A stretch of DNA of 64,000 bases from Eledone cirrhosa (Eukaryota). Each line of letters starts with the position of its first letter. Within the stretch, counting starts at the first letter, position 1. Under the pieces are notes generated by a model. The model saw only the letters and a program-made list of their open reading frames with translations, was not told where the DNA came from and made no database searches. The stretch spans positions 122,512,001 to 122,576,000 of the forward strand of contig OZ024740.1 in assembly GCA_964016885.1 (NCBI GenBank), given 5' to 3'. Positions 12,600-27,079 of the stretch are shown here, in pieces. The position numbers and the translations under genes are program-made.

Positions 12600-15180
12600 T
12601 AGTTATAATACAGAAAACTAACCCCTTAACAACATGATGGTACAAACAAGAAGTAAATCATATCACATCGGTCGTCATGTAGATTACCAAGGACTGCATC
12701 CCTCGTCAAAGACCCACACCGAGGAAAAGAAATCAACAGTTGGAACAACCCGCTCTCATACACCCCCCTCCAGTCACCCTTAAACCGTGGACAGACCTCA
12801 CAGTCAGCCACGGTGACAACACCAAGGTACATGCTAAAAGGCCACGACAAATGTGGACCAAAGCAGAATACAAAGCAGTGATGACTGTCATCCTATTTTC
12901 GAGAGAGAACTCGTCAATACAAGAAACCTATAGTATCTGGAAGAATTCCAAACATACCTGGAACAGATACATGGTCATGAATAAGTTAGCTAATGTGAGA
13001 AGAGACATTATGAGGAGCAAAAGACTCACTGAATCAGAAGTGGAAAACATCAAAGCAGAGATAAGTGAGCAACATAACAACCCCAGTCAAGGAGACCTGC
13101 ATACAACAGAAGCTGAAGACTGCAAGTGTATTGCTAAAACTCCCATTGATGAGAACCTCCCTGAACATGAACATGTAGTCGATGGCGCACTGGTTGATGC
13201 TACTATCTGGATAATGAAGGTAGATATTTTGCATGAGTGGGTGATACTAAAAATGCAGAACTTGATAGACTGGACAAAACTCCAGAAATTGCCTAAAGTC
13301 ATGCATCAGCTAAAGAAGGTAAAACTAACTAACAGTGTATTAGAGTTAATCAGAGGAAAACCACTGACACTTGAGGACATTAACCAGTTGCTATATAGCA
13401 CTGCAACCATGATTGCTGACAAGCGGCACCCTCAAATACGAACAAGTAAAATAAACACAAAGGGAATACCGAAATGGCAGAGACAGCTGAAGAACAAAAT
13501 TACAGAGTTGAGATGTCTCTCTTGTATCCAAAATAGATAAGGGAACTGACATCAACCCCAAAAAGCTTTCTAGGCTGAGGAAGAAATATAAGGCTGTCCG
13601 GAAAGAAATTACTGAAACAATGAAGCAAAAGATAGAGGCATAGGGACTAAGAAGATGTAAAAAAGAGTTAACTTCTTTAAACAATACAAAATATTTGATG
13701 GAGATGCCAAAAGATTTTACAGAGAGTTAGGTAAGAAAATATTGAAATAAGACAACCACCTGAGCTTGATGGCACTTCTGGGCAAATATCTGGGAAAAGA
13801 CCACAACTCCATGCCTCATGGCTGGAACAATTGGAAACCCTTGCTTGCACCCAGGAATGGAATGAGATTACATGTCTCCCAACGATTTACAAAGCCCTCA
13901 CTCCATTGATTACCAACAGGGTCTACAATTACCTGGTTTGTGAAGATCTATTGCCACCTGAACAAAAAGGCTGTAAACGAGAGTTAAGGGTGCAAAGATC
14001 AGCTACTGATAAATAGACACTGTGGAAAATTGCAAGCAGAAAACAAAAAGCCTGTCAATGGCCTGAATACACTACAAGATGACATTCGACATCGTACCTC
14101 ATTCATGGATCATAAAGACACTAGAAATGTATCACATAACACCTGAGATCACAACATATTGAGATTAATTGTGGAATATTCCAAGGCAACTCATTGTCCC
14201 CATTGCAGTTCTGTTTGTCACTTGTTCCACTAAGTCAGTTACTGCAGAGGATAGGCCATGGATATAAAATAGACAATAGACACTACAGTCACCTTCATTA
14301 TATGGATGATATCAAGCTATTTGGAAACAATGTTGGGCAGCTGGGAGGTTTACTGCACACAGTGAAACAATTCAGTGATGACATCCATATGGAAAAAGCC
14401 ACATTCAATAGAAGGTTACTCTCTAACCATAAAGATATTGTCATAGACCAACAAACCACCATAAACACACTTAACAATGAAGAGATCTACAAATATCTCA
14501 GAATTAATGAAGGAGATGGAACCCAGCATGCAAGTATGAAGGAAAAAATATGGAAGGAGTACCTGATGTGGGTGAGACTGGTAACAAAAAGTGAACTAAA
14601 CTCCTGCAACAAGTTCAAAGCCATTAACAGTCTAGCAATTCCAGTTATAATATACAGTTCCAGTTGTAACGTACCTCCGCCACACTGGAGATGAACTTCT
14701 TAAGCTTGTACTCAAGCATGAACAAATTAAGAAACTACACTAACATAGGAGGCAAGAAAATTTAGGCAAAAGCTGAACATGGAACCAGAAAATCCTATAG
14801 AAAATTAACAACAAAATATAACAGATTGGACATGTTGCCTACTATATATTTCTGTACCATCTAACAAAAAATATCTAAAAAAAACAAAGGAAAAACTGTC
14901 AAAATACAAAGACTGGGAAATAGAGATCAACTGCATGTGGAGGATGACCACAAACACTATCCCTCTCGTAATAGAAGCATTAGGATTAATATCCAAATCA
15001 TCAAACCTGCACCTTAGTGTCCTTCCCTGTAGCATCAGCAAATATGAGCTACAGAAGATTGAGCTACGAGTAACAGCCCACATTATCAATGAAAACATTG
15101 ATTGCTCTAGGTTCAAGGCCTGAACCTGGCAATAGAGAAACAGAACTGGGGTTAAACGAAATAACACAACAATAATAATA
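12600..15180 (+). mobile_element. R4/Dong-like non-LTR retrotransposon (RT + restriction-like endonuclease), internally deleted and frameshifted
   Basis: N-terminal RQMWTKAEY..NKLANVRRDI; RT pieces ITCLPTIYK, LPPEQKGC, SPLQFCL, HLHYMDDIKLF, YKYL; RLE C-terminus KEKLSKYKD.EIEI..MW...IPLVIEALG; TAA-rich flanks. Confidence 0.8.
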
Positions 15181-15370
15181 AATGTTTCTACTATTGGCAC
15201 AAGGCCAGCAATTACCCAGTACATTACTGGTACTTTATTTTATCGACCCCGTAAGGATGAAAAGCAAAGTAAACCTCGGCGGGATTTGAACTCAGAATGG
15301 CAAGGGCCGGAGCTTCATGCGTCAAAGCATGGTGTCCGACCATCTACCGATACTGCCAATCCACCGCCCT
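15181..15370 (-). mobile_element. SINE family A, young full-length copy inserted at the LINE (TAA)n tail
   Basis: Close match to the reverse complement of 23563-23740; flanked on both sides by acaataataata..atgtt (probable TSD). Confidence 0.88.
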
Positions 15371-17566
15371 ACAATAATAATAATAATGTTAAAAGTAGAT
15401 AACAATACAAATTTATCAGTGAATGGTTTTGTCAGATAGAATAATTTCCTGTTGTAAATTTATTTGAAATTTCCTTCCAAAAATGATATCAATGCATAAT
15501 TAATAGATATACATCTTAAAAGTCAATATCAGTATATGACTAATGCTTCATGATAATAAATATTAGTTAAACATTCGACATAATATGTATTTAGCTTCAA
15601 ACTGTTACCATCTACAAAACAATATATATAATCTTGTCAGCTTATGGAGTTACATCACGAAAAATAGATTTACTGCGTGTATATTATGTAGATTACTGTT
15701 AGTTAAGATGAAAAAAGAGTTCATATATGATGAGAAAGCAATTACCAGAAGCAATAATATTACTTAATATTTTGTGATGACGAAGTCAATTTTTCTAGGC
15801 CAAGTAACTCTAGATGTTTGAGATGGAAATCGATAACATTCTCTTTTTCTTTCATTAAGATTTTGGTTTTTACTTTATTTTATGGGTTTGTATTATGTTG
15901 CTTGAGTTATGTTGTGTATTTATCAGGAATATGTAAAACTAAATTAGGATATTGTGTCAGTAAAAACAAAATTGATATAAAACCTGTGGTATTTTCTCTT
16001 CTATAAAGGATAAATTTGGATGTCATTTTTAAAAAAAATGAAAATATTTTGAGTGAGGTTTTAAAAATATTCCTATTTATTTTAAGTATTTTTTCACTGT
16101 TGAAAGGCAAATCGCAAGACATATGCACCAATCATATAATGTAACATTGAAAACATTCAGAATGAAGGCTGATTAATGTAAGAAACGTTTTCTTTAGTAG
16201 TTAGACAGAATCTCTAAAACTGGTGAAGTCAATGTTACTGATGTACTGTATGTTGACAACCGTAAAACAATTATGGATGCTTAGGGAAATCATAGGGCTG
16301 CAGTTCAGGTGAAGGAGAATTATGAAAAGTGCACATGATCTGGTGTTTGAAATAGCATGGATGATGAATAGAAAAGAGGCAGGTATTGAAGGCGGGTGAG
16401 TTTCAAATAAATATGGTGTTAGATAGATGAAATCAATTATAAAAGTGGTGAAATGGATAAGAAAAGAAACAGCTTATCCCTGATTCAGCTATTGTTATAT
16501 TTCTAGTTATTTTTTCTGTATCAGGTTTTATTGTTTAGGTTTCTTTTAAATACATCTTTACTTGCATGGTGTGAGAATTGTGGTAGAATGCTCCTACTTT
16601 TCAGATATCTTCATTGCATCATTTGTACTGAGTCATCATCTTCAAATGACCTTCACTTTTGGCATTGATATCTGTAGTCATCTGCATGTTTTTCCATGTT
16701 TTTGTAATTTTTCATGATTTGTCCATATTCCGAGGTGTGAACGTTTGCATTCTTATCAGACACGTTGGTATCAGGAAGGGCATCCAGCCATAAAACTGCC
16801 TCTAAAATCCTGTCCAGTTCATGTATGCATGGAAAAGTAGACATAAAGTTGATGATAATTATGATGATGGCAGCGATGGTGATGATTAGGATGATGATAA
16901 AGATGGTTGGGAGAAATCTGATGAAAATTTACTACTACTTCTAGGTGAAATTGCCATGCAAATTTTCCATAATTATCATGTGAAGTTCTTTCATCACCTC
17001 TTATGTGTTTTGTTAAAAGGAATGAGTGGAGAGAGTTAAAGTTGAATCAACATCCAAAGAATTTAAAACAAAAATCACAAGAATTATCCAGCAGATATGG
17101 TTTGATTTCCTAGTTAACTTTCGTGGAATTGACTGTGTCCCTAGTAGAAGAGGAAAAGAAAACCAAACCATGGTTCACCAACTGACTACTCTATCTGTGA
17201 CATTGATGGGAATGAAATGGATCTCCATCAGCTACAATTATGAGTGTGCTAGTTGTTTGATCAACTGAATAGCTTACTTGTGAAATGAATGTGCAAATTG
17301 CCAGGCATTCTCTAGACACATGTATCCTTAATGTCAGAGAGTCCACATGACAGAGTGCAAAAAAAGACTCTTTCTGTGAATTGCAGTCTAACTGACATGC
17401 TTCTAACAAGTTTCTGTTTACCCAATTTAACTAAAATTTAACTATAGCCAAAGGCTATAAGAAATTACACCTGTCCAAGATACCATGCAGTAAGGTTTAA
17501 CCTGTGACCGTTTTATTGTGAAGCAAGCTTCTTACACATTCAGCCATACTACATGTAAGGAAAGAT

Positions 17567-17690
17567 GCACGGCTTAGTGGTTAGAGAGTTGGATTTGCAG
17601 TTGCAAGGTTACATGTTCAGTTCTTGGACTGGGTAATGCATTGTGTCCTTGAGCAAGACACTTTATTTCACATTGCCCTTTCAGCCAGGA
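17567..17690 (+). mobile_element. SINE family B head and CORE-like domain
   Basis: gcacggcttagtggttagag...gttcagttc...ttgtgtccttgagcaagacactttatttcacattg, as at 34434. Confidence 0.75.
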
Positions 17691-18154
17691 GTTAGTGTCA
17701 GCAATGGAAACACCAGTGGAAAAAAACATTGTTTTCCTGGTCTTATTTAAAGACGCCCACCCCACTCGGCGAGTGATCAGAGCAAGAGAGAGTCATCCAC
17801 TTTTAACATACGTAGTTCATTCAGTCACCTTCAGTGAATCTGTTAAAATTCAAAAATGGGATGTGAGATTACGCAATAAGGCAATTTCATAAGATGATAT
17901 GAACAGTTTCTCACATGTGCCCTACCTGGTATTGGCATCCACTGAGAAACCTATCCAAAAGTACATTTTGACAATGAGTAATTCTGATCAGGGAAGTCCA
18001 TATATGAGGGCAGGACAACAAACGTTTTCAAGCTAGATGTTTTGTCTGAGTATGCAACCGAATCAGCATTCTTAAAGGCACTATAGTGCTGGAAAGTGAT
18101 AATAAACCTCTAAAAAATCATAGACCTACCAATACCTTACAGCAAATTTGGGGC

Positions 18155-19810
18155 ATCATTCATCATCATCATCATCACTGTTTTTCATCCGTTCTTCCAT
18201 GCTAGCATGGGTTAGAGGGGTTGTCCTGTTGTGGGCAGTGTCTGGTCGGCTGACCATGCCTTGCTCATACAGGACCTGATTGTGGCTTGATTTCTACAGC
18301 TGGATGCCCTTCCTAATACCAACCTCATTTACAGTGAGTGCTGGGTGCTTTTTCTGTGGTGCATACATGTCCACTTTACAGTGTGTGCTGGATACTTTTT
18401 TGCCGTATCACCTCCACGACCACCTTGCAGTGGGAGGGTGTGGGGGCATATTGTCTATATGCTTCAGCTTGTACCCATGGGAGGTCGGGTACTCTGTATT
18501 ACTGCGTGATGCCAAAGGTCACGGTTGTGTGTCATCGCCTTTGAGAGGTGTAATTGGGTAAGATCGGCTTTTATCACCTCATCCCAGGTCTACTTGGGTC
18601 TCCCCACTCCGCAGTTTCCATTGACCTCTAGTGCTCTGCACCTTTTTATGCAGCTGTCATCCTTCATACGCATGACATGTCCATACCAACGCAACCGCCT
18701 CTCCTGCACACAGCATTTTATTCCTCTTATGCTCAGTCTCTCTCTCAATTCATTTATGCTTTGTCGTTTGCGTATATTACTATTACACATCCATCGGAGC
18801 ATGCAGGCTTCGTTTCTTTCTAATCTACATAAGTCTTCCACCTTCAGTGCCCAGGTCTCACTACCATGTAACATTGCTGTTCGGATACACGCATCATACA
18901 ATCTGCCTTTCATTTTGAGGGAGAAGCCTTTTGCAGCTAGTAGTGGCAGAACTTCTTCCATCCCATTCTTTCCCTAGTTATTGTACTTTCTGAACACCCA
19001 CCTCTGCTGCTAATTCGGTCACCTAGGTAGCAGAAGCTGTCTACTGTTTCTACAGAGCCCTCCCAGAGATTGGTGGTACTTGTTTCCTGTGGCTGATTTG
19101 CTGCTTGCTGTCCCAGCACAGCTGCTGCATGTGAAGCCTACATTCTTAATTAAGCTTCCTGAGATTCCGCTACATCTCTTGTGTACCATTGTTAGCATTT
19201 GGGGCAGAGAATGGAGTTCCTACCTACACCTTTCCTACATACTGAGCAAAGCCATTTCCCTGAGGGGATCTGTGTGCTGTTTTCTCGTCTACTTACAAGG
19301 ACGTTAGTCTTTGTCATGTTGACTTTGAGACCCTTTCTTTCTAGTCCCTGCTTCCAAGTTTGGAATTTCTTCTCTAGTTCTACCATAGATTCAGCTATAA
19401 GTGTGAGGTCATCAGCATACAGATGTTCCCATGGGCATCCGGTCTTAAACTCCTCCGTTATTTTCTGCAGGACTATGATGAACAGGAGAGGGGTAAGAAC
19501 AGAGCCCTGGTGGACACCAACCTGTACGCTAAATTCCTCGCTATACTCATTACTAATCCTAACTTTGCTGACTGCTCCCCTATACATGGCTTGTACAGCT
19601 TTCACAAGCCATTCATCTACTCCTAGTTTTCTAAGAGCCCACCAGATTACAGCACGTGGAACTCTGTCAAAGGCTTTCTCGAGATCGACGAATGCCAGGT
19701 AGAGTGGCTTACTTTTAGCTAGGTACTTTTCCTGTAACTGCCTCACAAGGAAGCGGGCATCAGTGGTGCCTCTTCCTGGTACAAACCCAAATTGCATCTC
19801 ATCTAGTTTC
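18155..19810 (-). mobile_element. 5'-truncated RTE LINE (RT to 3' UTR), frameshifted
   Basis: ORFs 19192-19812 (QFGFVPGRG, FVDLEKAFDRV, GVHQGSVL, LYADD) and 18590-18961 (AMLHGSETW, RLRWYGHV, GRP); (GAT)n tail near 18155-18177. Confidence 0.93.
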
Positions 19811-20819
19811 ATTGTGTCTTTTTATTATAACATCTATACTAAAAGTTTCTTTCTGCTCCAGATTGGTCATTTTCATTTTGGAGTATCCATTATCAACATA
19901 ATTATAGATTCATTTTCCATGTGTATGTGTGTGTGGGAGGGGGATGCATTGAAATGTATGCACATCGTGATCATCTCCATCATTACCTAATATGTATTTG
20001 TTCTGCTACCAAGGGCTGGGTAGGTCATCAGAGACCGATTCAGTATTCAAACAGTGCTACTGACTTCTCTGATGAACTGCATTTGCTTATATACATTTGC
20101 TTACATGCATTTGCTTACATACATTCCTGTAGTGTGCCAAGTGCAAGGACTGGCTGCAGGCACAGATCTTACTTACATATGTTCCTGGACTCTAGCAAGT
20201 GCAATTTATTGTTGCACACGCACTAGAGAATTTGTCATGCCATTGTCACATTTGAAGAATCCTAACAACCATTTATTTGGCAGGTTTTCTATGGCTGAAT
20301 AGTTTTCTAATTACCGACCATTTTACAGAATTTATTGGTTATGTTTATCATGTATATTTCCAACAGTAGAAAGGATTTTGTGACCTTGACACAGCAGAAG
20401 AAGTCTCTCAACCCTTTTTTAGGGGGGCCTGGTTTCTACAATGCCATAGTCTTCCTTTTGCCCACCACCTGATATGGTGTACTAGGTGCATTTTCAGGCT
20501 CTAGCTCTAAAAATGTTATCAGTCAATAATTCAACTGAATAGCCCTACAGCAGTTAAATAGGATGAGTGTTGAGGTGGGGTAAGAAGGATGATAAATATG
20601 ATGTGTGGTGATGTTTGAAAGGGTGATAAGTAGGAGGGGTAGTTGTCACATTTGATTGCATGTGGATAATGACAGCCAGCTACAAATGGAGGAATTCATG
20701 ACAGCGAGTCATAGATTTGGGCATCCTTGTTAATGTGGGAGAGTAATGGAAATTACAGTGTTGATGAGGAGTGCAAGTTGAATGGTGAATCAATGTGTCA
20801 TGTCACATTTTTAACCCTC

Positions 20820-21250
20820 TTTGGTGACTCTTCTCCATTACGACATGTCAGCAACCTTTGCAGTACTTTGTCATTCCTGCTATGAGGTTCAGCTTCCCAA
20901 GGTCAGTTTTTACTACTTCATCAGATGTCTTCATAGGTCTACATCGTCTTCAAGCTCCATCAACTGAGATTTCTTTGCACTTATTCATACAGTTGTCATC
21001 TTCCATACCTATCACATGCCCATACCAATGTAGTTGCCTCTCACTATATGCAATTCTTCTTACATAAAGTTTTTCCCCAAGCTCATTTATATTATGCCAT
21101 TCATGCACACTGAAATTACACATCCATCTCTTCTTCAGTCAATGCCTATGTCTCACTGCCATTAAGAATTGCAGTTTGTTAGCAGATGTACTAGTTCTCT
21201 AAATTGATTCTAGCCTGTTCTTTCTGTAGCTACTACACTTTCAGGTCATC
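20820..21250 (-). mobile_element. Decayed RTE 3' fragment
   Basis: Minus strand gives WYGHVIGMEDD...RRCRPMKTSDEVVK, homologous to the end of the RTE ORF. Confidence 0.65.
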
Positions 21251-22351
21251 CTACATATGTACATGTATGCAGTACACACATATATAGAATCACACACCTG
21301 TGCCCAAGAAAGCCTTAAAACCCCACAAAGAAATCTTTACATTGATGCTCAAAATGCTAGAGAAATCTTGCTTAAACACACCCTTCTGTCTCATAAAATA
21401 GTGCATTCGATAATTTGATCTCACATTCACTCAATATAAGAAAAAACGAAATGGTCAGCATTGAAATACTTTTGATAAAAAACCTGTTCAATCTATACTG
21501 ACCTCGGGCTAAAATGCAACAACTTCCAGACACATATAAATGCTTCTTCATATATGATATCATATAAAGATAATTTATAAAAATTTGAATAAAGCAATGA
21601 CTGAAAAAAAAAAAAAAAACCTCGTCATGAATATATAGCTGTTATTACACACACACACACACATAGACATATATCCATACATATGCATGCATACACAAAC
21701 AAAAACTCACACATACACACAACACAACACAAATACTCACATACATATGCAGACATATAGACACATAACCGGCTTCGTAAATCTTCATCTCATACCATCA
21801 TTTTTCAATCATCATAGATGTGAAGACAGACTATCCACATCAAGTTATTTCAGATTTCCATTCTTTCCGTATTAGTTGGCAGCACATTCATAATATGTAA
21901 GGTAATCTTTGGCCAATCTTTTGGCTTTCAATTTAGTCATTCAGTCTCATTCACTATCAATAGTACATTATTATTTGCCAAAAGCTAAACTGCTTTGGAA
22001 CCATAGAATTCCCAGTTGATGTCATTTTTGGAAGTCATCTTTATCAACTTTCATAAAAACTAGTGGTTAATATTGCTTGATTATGGTGGTGGTGGTGTTG
22101 TTGGGTAAAGGTCGATAATGGTCTAATAAACATTTAGATGTGGTTTCCTGACATAAAGAAAATAAATCCCATGAAGAAGTGTTCATCAAGATCGCTGGTG
22201 CCCTCAGTGCCCTGACTGTTATTTCATTCAGTACAATCGGGAGGGGATCATTTTCCATGAGCAAAGAACCCTATGAGGTGTAATGGCTAATGAAGTTGCT
22301 GATGGTTCTTTGAGTGTATGCTTTCAACATCTTGTCTGAGGAGAGTACCAC

Positions 22352-22510
22352 TCTTCTTCTTCTTCTTCTTCTTCTTCTTCTTCTTGGTAGAGTCATGGGG
22401 TAGAGTCCTCAAATACTCATTCCTGCAAGTCCTGTCAATAGCAACTGTCTTCAACTGATCTGGCTGAGACCAGCTGAGCTCATAAATGTTATTCAACCAT
22501 CTTCATCAGG
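22352..22510 (-). mobile_element. Expander-like RTE 3' end with (GAA)n tail
   Basis: (CTT)n followed by gtcatggggtagagtcctcaaatac...caactgatc, matching 8490-8630. Confidence 0.75.
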
Positions 22511-23562
22511 GTTTTGCCAATTTAATCTTCATTTTTACTCCCTTTTTTTACTTTTTACCTATTTATTTTATTTTATTCATTATTGCATATTGTTTGTTAA
22601 TAAATTTACGTTTACCTAATAATTTGTTTTCCTTTTCTATTGTTGATCATATGAATTGTTGCACCAGAACCTTTGAATTTACTGTATAATTGTTGTTAAT
22701 ATTTACATAGGTATGAGCTGCAACACATCGTCAATGATGTGAGTTGGACTACAGAGTCATTGTGGTATTTTGAATCTTTCAACCTATCAATCTACAAAAA
22801 TAAGGAAGTAAACATTAGATAATGTAGTTATAAATATCAATTGATTAAAACACAAATTGATGGCTAAGGTTAGACTGTCTTTAAGCAACAAAATATCTAA
22901 AATTGGATGATAAGCTTATGAAAAGGGAAGAAATAATTAAGGCATGCACATCATGTCATAAATGGATTGAACTAGTAAAGAAAGTAAATGGAGGTCACAT
23001 TGAACTGAAATAAGTGCATTTGCCATATACTACTATACAATACCTATTGTATAGTCATTCCTTACAATGGGTATATAATATAGAATTCATGCACACATTA
23101 CTTGGATATCAAGCATGGATATTTTGACAATAGCAATAGAGTTATTTCCTTTCCTGTTAACTCAAACTTTAGTCTTAAGTTTATTTCTGTCTTCTTGATT
23201 CTAGAGTTTGCCTCCCAAAGATTTTCAGAGAAAATTTTGGTGTGTTTTGAGCTGAGAACTACTCAAATAAACACAGACGTCACATTACTAGCCAACGTAA
23301 TGATGAGAGAATCCTCAATTAGATGTACAATTACTCAGATGCTATATTCATATTGAAAAGAATGGTTGAGTTATCATTATCATCATCATTTTCCATCTGA
23401 TTTCATGTTAGCATGGACTGGGTGTGTTGACATAGCCGGAGGCTAGATACTTTGAAGACCCATGTCTCGCTCATATGTTCCTAACCCCGTCCATTTTACA
23501 CTGTTAACATATTTGATAAACAATGTCGTACATTCAGTTAGGTAATTATCTAATCATTATTT

Positions 23563-23740
23563 GGCGGTGAATTGGCAGTATCGGTAGAGGGTTGGACGCC
23601 ATGCTTTCTAGCATAGTTACGTCCCTTTACAGTCTGAGTTCAAATCCCACCGAGGTTAACTTTGCCTTTCATCCTTATGGGGTCGATAAAATAATGTACT
23701 GGTGATTGCTGGCCTTGTGCCTAAAGTAGAAACAATTATT
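23563..23740 (+). mobile_element. SINE family A, full length
   Basis: ggcggtgaattggcagtatcggtaga (box A), gagttcaaatccc (box B), gaggttaactttgcctttcatccttatggggtcgataaaat, tail aattatt. Confidence 0.88.
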
Positions 23741-24425
23741 TGGACTATTATAGTTAAGTTTATACTCCAATGAGAATGTTTAATAAGCCTGAAACATGTC
23801 CAGTGTTATCTCCTGTACTTGTCAAAAGGATTAAAATAATAGTATTCATTAAGCTAATGTTGCCACTTCATTACCATATAAGCATATCTATTTAGATATT
23901 TAATGTTCACTATACTAAACAATTTAGTCATAGATATACAAAAAGATGGGCTTAATGTGGTTAGAATGTTTTTAATGATAGGCCTACATGATCAAGCCTA
24001 GAAAACAGTAACACATCAAGAAATTGACATTATGTTCACATAACATCCAATAAATTTCTTACCTTACATCTACTGGTATCCTCTATGTTTTATGTCATTC
24101 TTTATTAAAGCTTCTTTTCTATAATATATCTACTTTATCATCTGAGTATTGTCATGTACTATAATATAGTGATGACCATTGACATGTTTTGAGGTCAATG
24201 TGCTAAGATGAAATAAGTTCTTTATCCTAAGCTCTGTAGTTCTATTAGATTAACATTGCACATCCATCAAAGTATTCTTGCTTTATTTCTCTCCAACCTA
24301 ACCTGTGCATATCCTCTGCAGTCACTGCACATGTTTCAGAGCCATGCAATATAGCACTTTGCATATAGGCAGTAAACAGTCAGTCTTTCAAAGTAACTTC
24401 CTTGAAGGAGTTAGGGAAGTGGCTC

Positions 24426-24456
<31 letters not shown>

Positions 24457-24529
24457 TCATGCGCCTAAAATCTAATTTTAATTATTATTTTGCAGCAATA
24501 ATCCCAGTTATGTGATGTTTTCTACTTAC

Positions 24530-25300
24530 TCTATTGCATAGATGAGACTCTGCCATCTATGGATACAGAAAGCACGCTTAGAGTATTTTCTCCCATCCTT
24601 ATAATTGATATTCATAATAATAAACCTATTTCTATATATTCCCAAATAGTTAGGGTATGCTTCACTGAGAAGGTCTAACAATGCTGAAATATTGCATTTA
24701 CCTGTTGGTTCAGAGATAATATCCACTCCCTTTACTACATTTTTTGATATTTTTCCAAAAATTTCAATCAAGTGATTTTGTTGGCATTATCCCACCTATC
24801 TTGCAGGTTTTAGATTTGAAATATCCATACAGGGACTTTTTGTCTACAAATTTCTCACATATTCTCAGTTAAATGAATATTTTTCAACTCACTATAATAC
24901 ATTTGTGAGACCCTACTGTATTTTCATTCAATATGCTGAATACTCCCTATCAGAAACCACAAATATTTTATACTGGAGATAATCTAGATACATACACGTT
25001 GATTATGAGAAGAAGAATTTAGTTGATAACTTAAAAAAACAGAATATATAAAAGAAAGAATGGATAGTGGTAGAAACTAGAAAAGATGGACAAGAGAGGA
25101 TCTCCTCTGGAAAACAAGGGATTAACCAAATATAATACACTGCTATTAATTAGGATAGCAAATGTTGGGTAAATATAAGGGAGCAGAGAGAAAAATGATA
25201 ATGCTGTATGATAGCTGTAAGGAAATAAGTACTCACGATGAAAAGAAAACCTAAATAATAGGAGAATTATTTCATACTAATAGCAAAAGCTTGAGAGACA
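24530..25300 (+). mobile_element. Very decayed CR1/L2-group LINE RT relic
   Basis: Only weak motifs (FVRP...YA, PYQK, ILEII) in broken frames. Confidence 0.3.
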
Positions 25301-25796
25301 AAGCAAAATACTGTGATAAACAACATGAGAGAAAAAACAGTAGGAGAGAAGAATGAAAAAATGGAATGGAAGGAAACAAACATTAAAACTTTTTGTTTTC
25401 ATATTTCTATTGGAAGACAGCGCTTCTTATTTTCCAATCATTTTGAAAATAATATATTATTAAGCTGGTGTTTAGGATTGGCAGTGCAGGTAAAGCATCA
25501 GACAAAATATTTGCTGTATTCACTTACAATTTTCTACATTCTGTGTTCAAATTCTGCAATGGCCAACTTTGCCTTTCAAAGTCGATAAAATAAAACCATG
25601 AAATTGCTGACCTTCTGCCTAAATTAGACATCCTTATTAAGCTGTGTTCTAATAAACGTTCTTACATAAAGTTATAGTGGAAGTCTTAGAGATAAATATG
25701 GTCAATTTAAAATAAACAGCTTATGGACAGTTTCAGTTGCTTTGGTATCAAATACGTTAATATAATAATGCATTCAGTAAAAGGGATAACAAAAGG

Positions 25797-26014
25797 TAAC
25801 CCTTTTAGGACCAACCAAAACTAGCTCGGTTTCTATGACACAAAACCACCTAATTTAAAGGGTTTCTTTATGAATTAGATTCTTTCAAAAAATGTTGTAT
25901 TATATATCATATTAGAAATAAAATAATTAATAATGTTAGCAAATGCCTCAAAATACCTGATTAATTAATTGAAATTGAGTGTATTTCATTAGAAATATGG
26001 TCTTGAAGTGTTAA
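25797..26014 (-). mobile_element. Decayed copy of the TTAA-flanked MITE family
   Basis: Ends taaccctt... and ...tgtatttcattagaaatatggtcttgaagtgttaa; resembles the reverse complement of 33981-34227. Confidence 0.45.
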
Positions 26015-26864
26015 ATATCATTGAAAATGATAAATTTACATAAATACATTGGGGGTATGTGTTTTCTGTACACTATAGAAATCAATATATTCTTCAACAT
26101 CATCGGCATCATCGTTATCATCATCATCAACATCATTATCACCTTCATCATTTCAGAATAATAAAAAATAGAAATTCAAATCAAAATCAACACATATGTA
26201 TCTTAATCAACAAATATAAATTTCTAACAACACACATGCATTTCTTCTAAAATTGTTGATCTCTTCAATAATAAGTTTATATTCATTTGGTATATAATTG
26301 ATATGTTTTCTGAAGCAAAAATAAAATTTGAATACAGAGTGACCTTTACAAAATAAATTAAAAAATAATGAATGATATTCTAAAGGAATGAACGTTGAAG
26401 AAAACATGATAATTTTTCAAATATAAACATAGTTATTATTACAAATCATTGCCAGAGGATTGTTATATTAGCAATTATTAAAGTCTTTGTCACTTTTGAT
26501 AATATTTCCTCATTAAAAATTACAGATTTCTGGATCAAGTTATAAATTGTTAATGGCCATTAACAGATTATACGTCATCTGAAAATATTCACCATTCAAG
26601 TGAATATGACTGAATCCTTATTCCTGTGGCTGCATATAATATGAAGATTTCATTATAAAATGTATTTGGTTAATTTTGTAATTCAAAATAGCATGCAAAT
26701 TCCTAAATATTTTCATAGACCGGCAGGATTAAGGTAGAGAGATGTTTTCTACAATGTTATCAGTCAAAACTTTACTGTAGAAATTGTAACATTTCCATAG
26801 ACGATATAATGGATTCTATCTTAGGTGCAGATCAGCAAAGGTTTCTTTATTTTTTTCCGGATGG

Positions 26865-27020
26865 TTGATCAAATCGACTTTATTTGACTGGTCTTTATTT
26901 TATCTAACTCAGAAAGATGAGTGGCAAAGTTGACTTCACTGAGATTTGAACTGAGAATGTGTAGAGCCAGTATAAATACCACAAAACATTTTATATGATT
27001 GTCTAAGGATTCTGCCAATC
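26865..27020 (-). mobile_element. SINE family A, diverged
   Basis: ctttattttatc...ggcaaagttgacttcactgagatttgaactgagaat...gattctgccaat. Confidence 0.7.
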
Positions 27021-27079
27021 AGATACACATAAACAAAATATATAATGATGTTTGTGTTTGTTTTATACTGCTTAACCTC

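Noticed and set aside
20000-20035. Minus-strand CTGATGA with ctacc/ggtag stem
   Set aside because: No properly placed GAAA, stem III or stem I.
23563-23660. tRNA gene
   Set aside because: Box A/B only; no cloverleaf, and it continues into the SINE body present in many copies.
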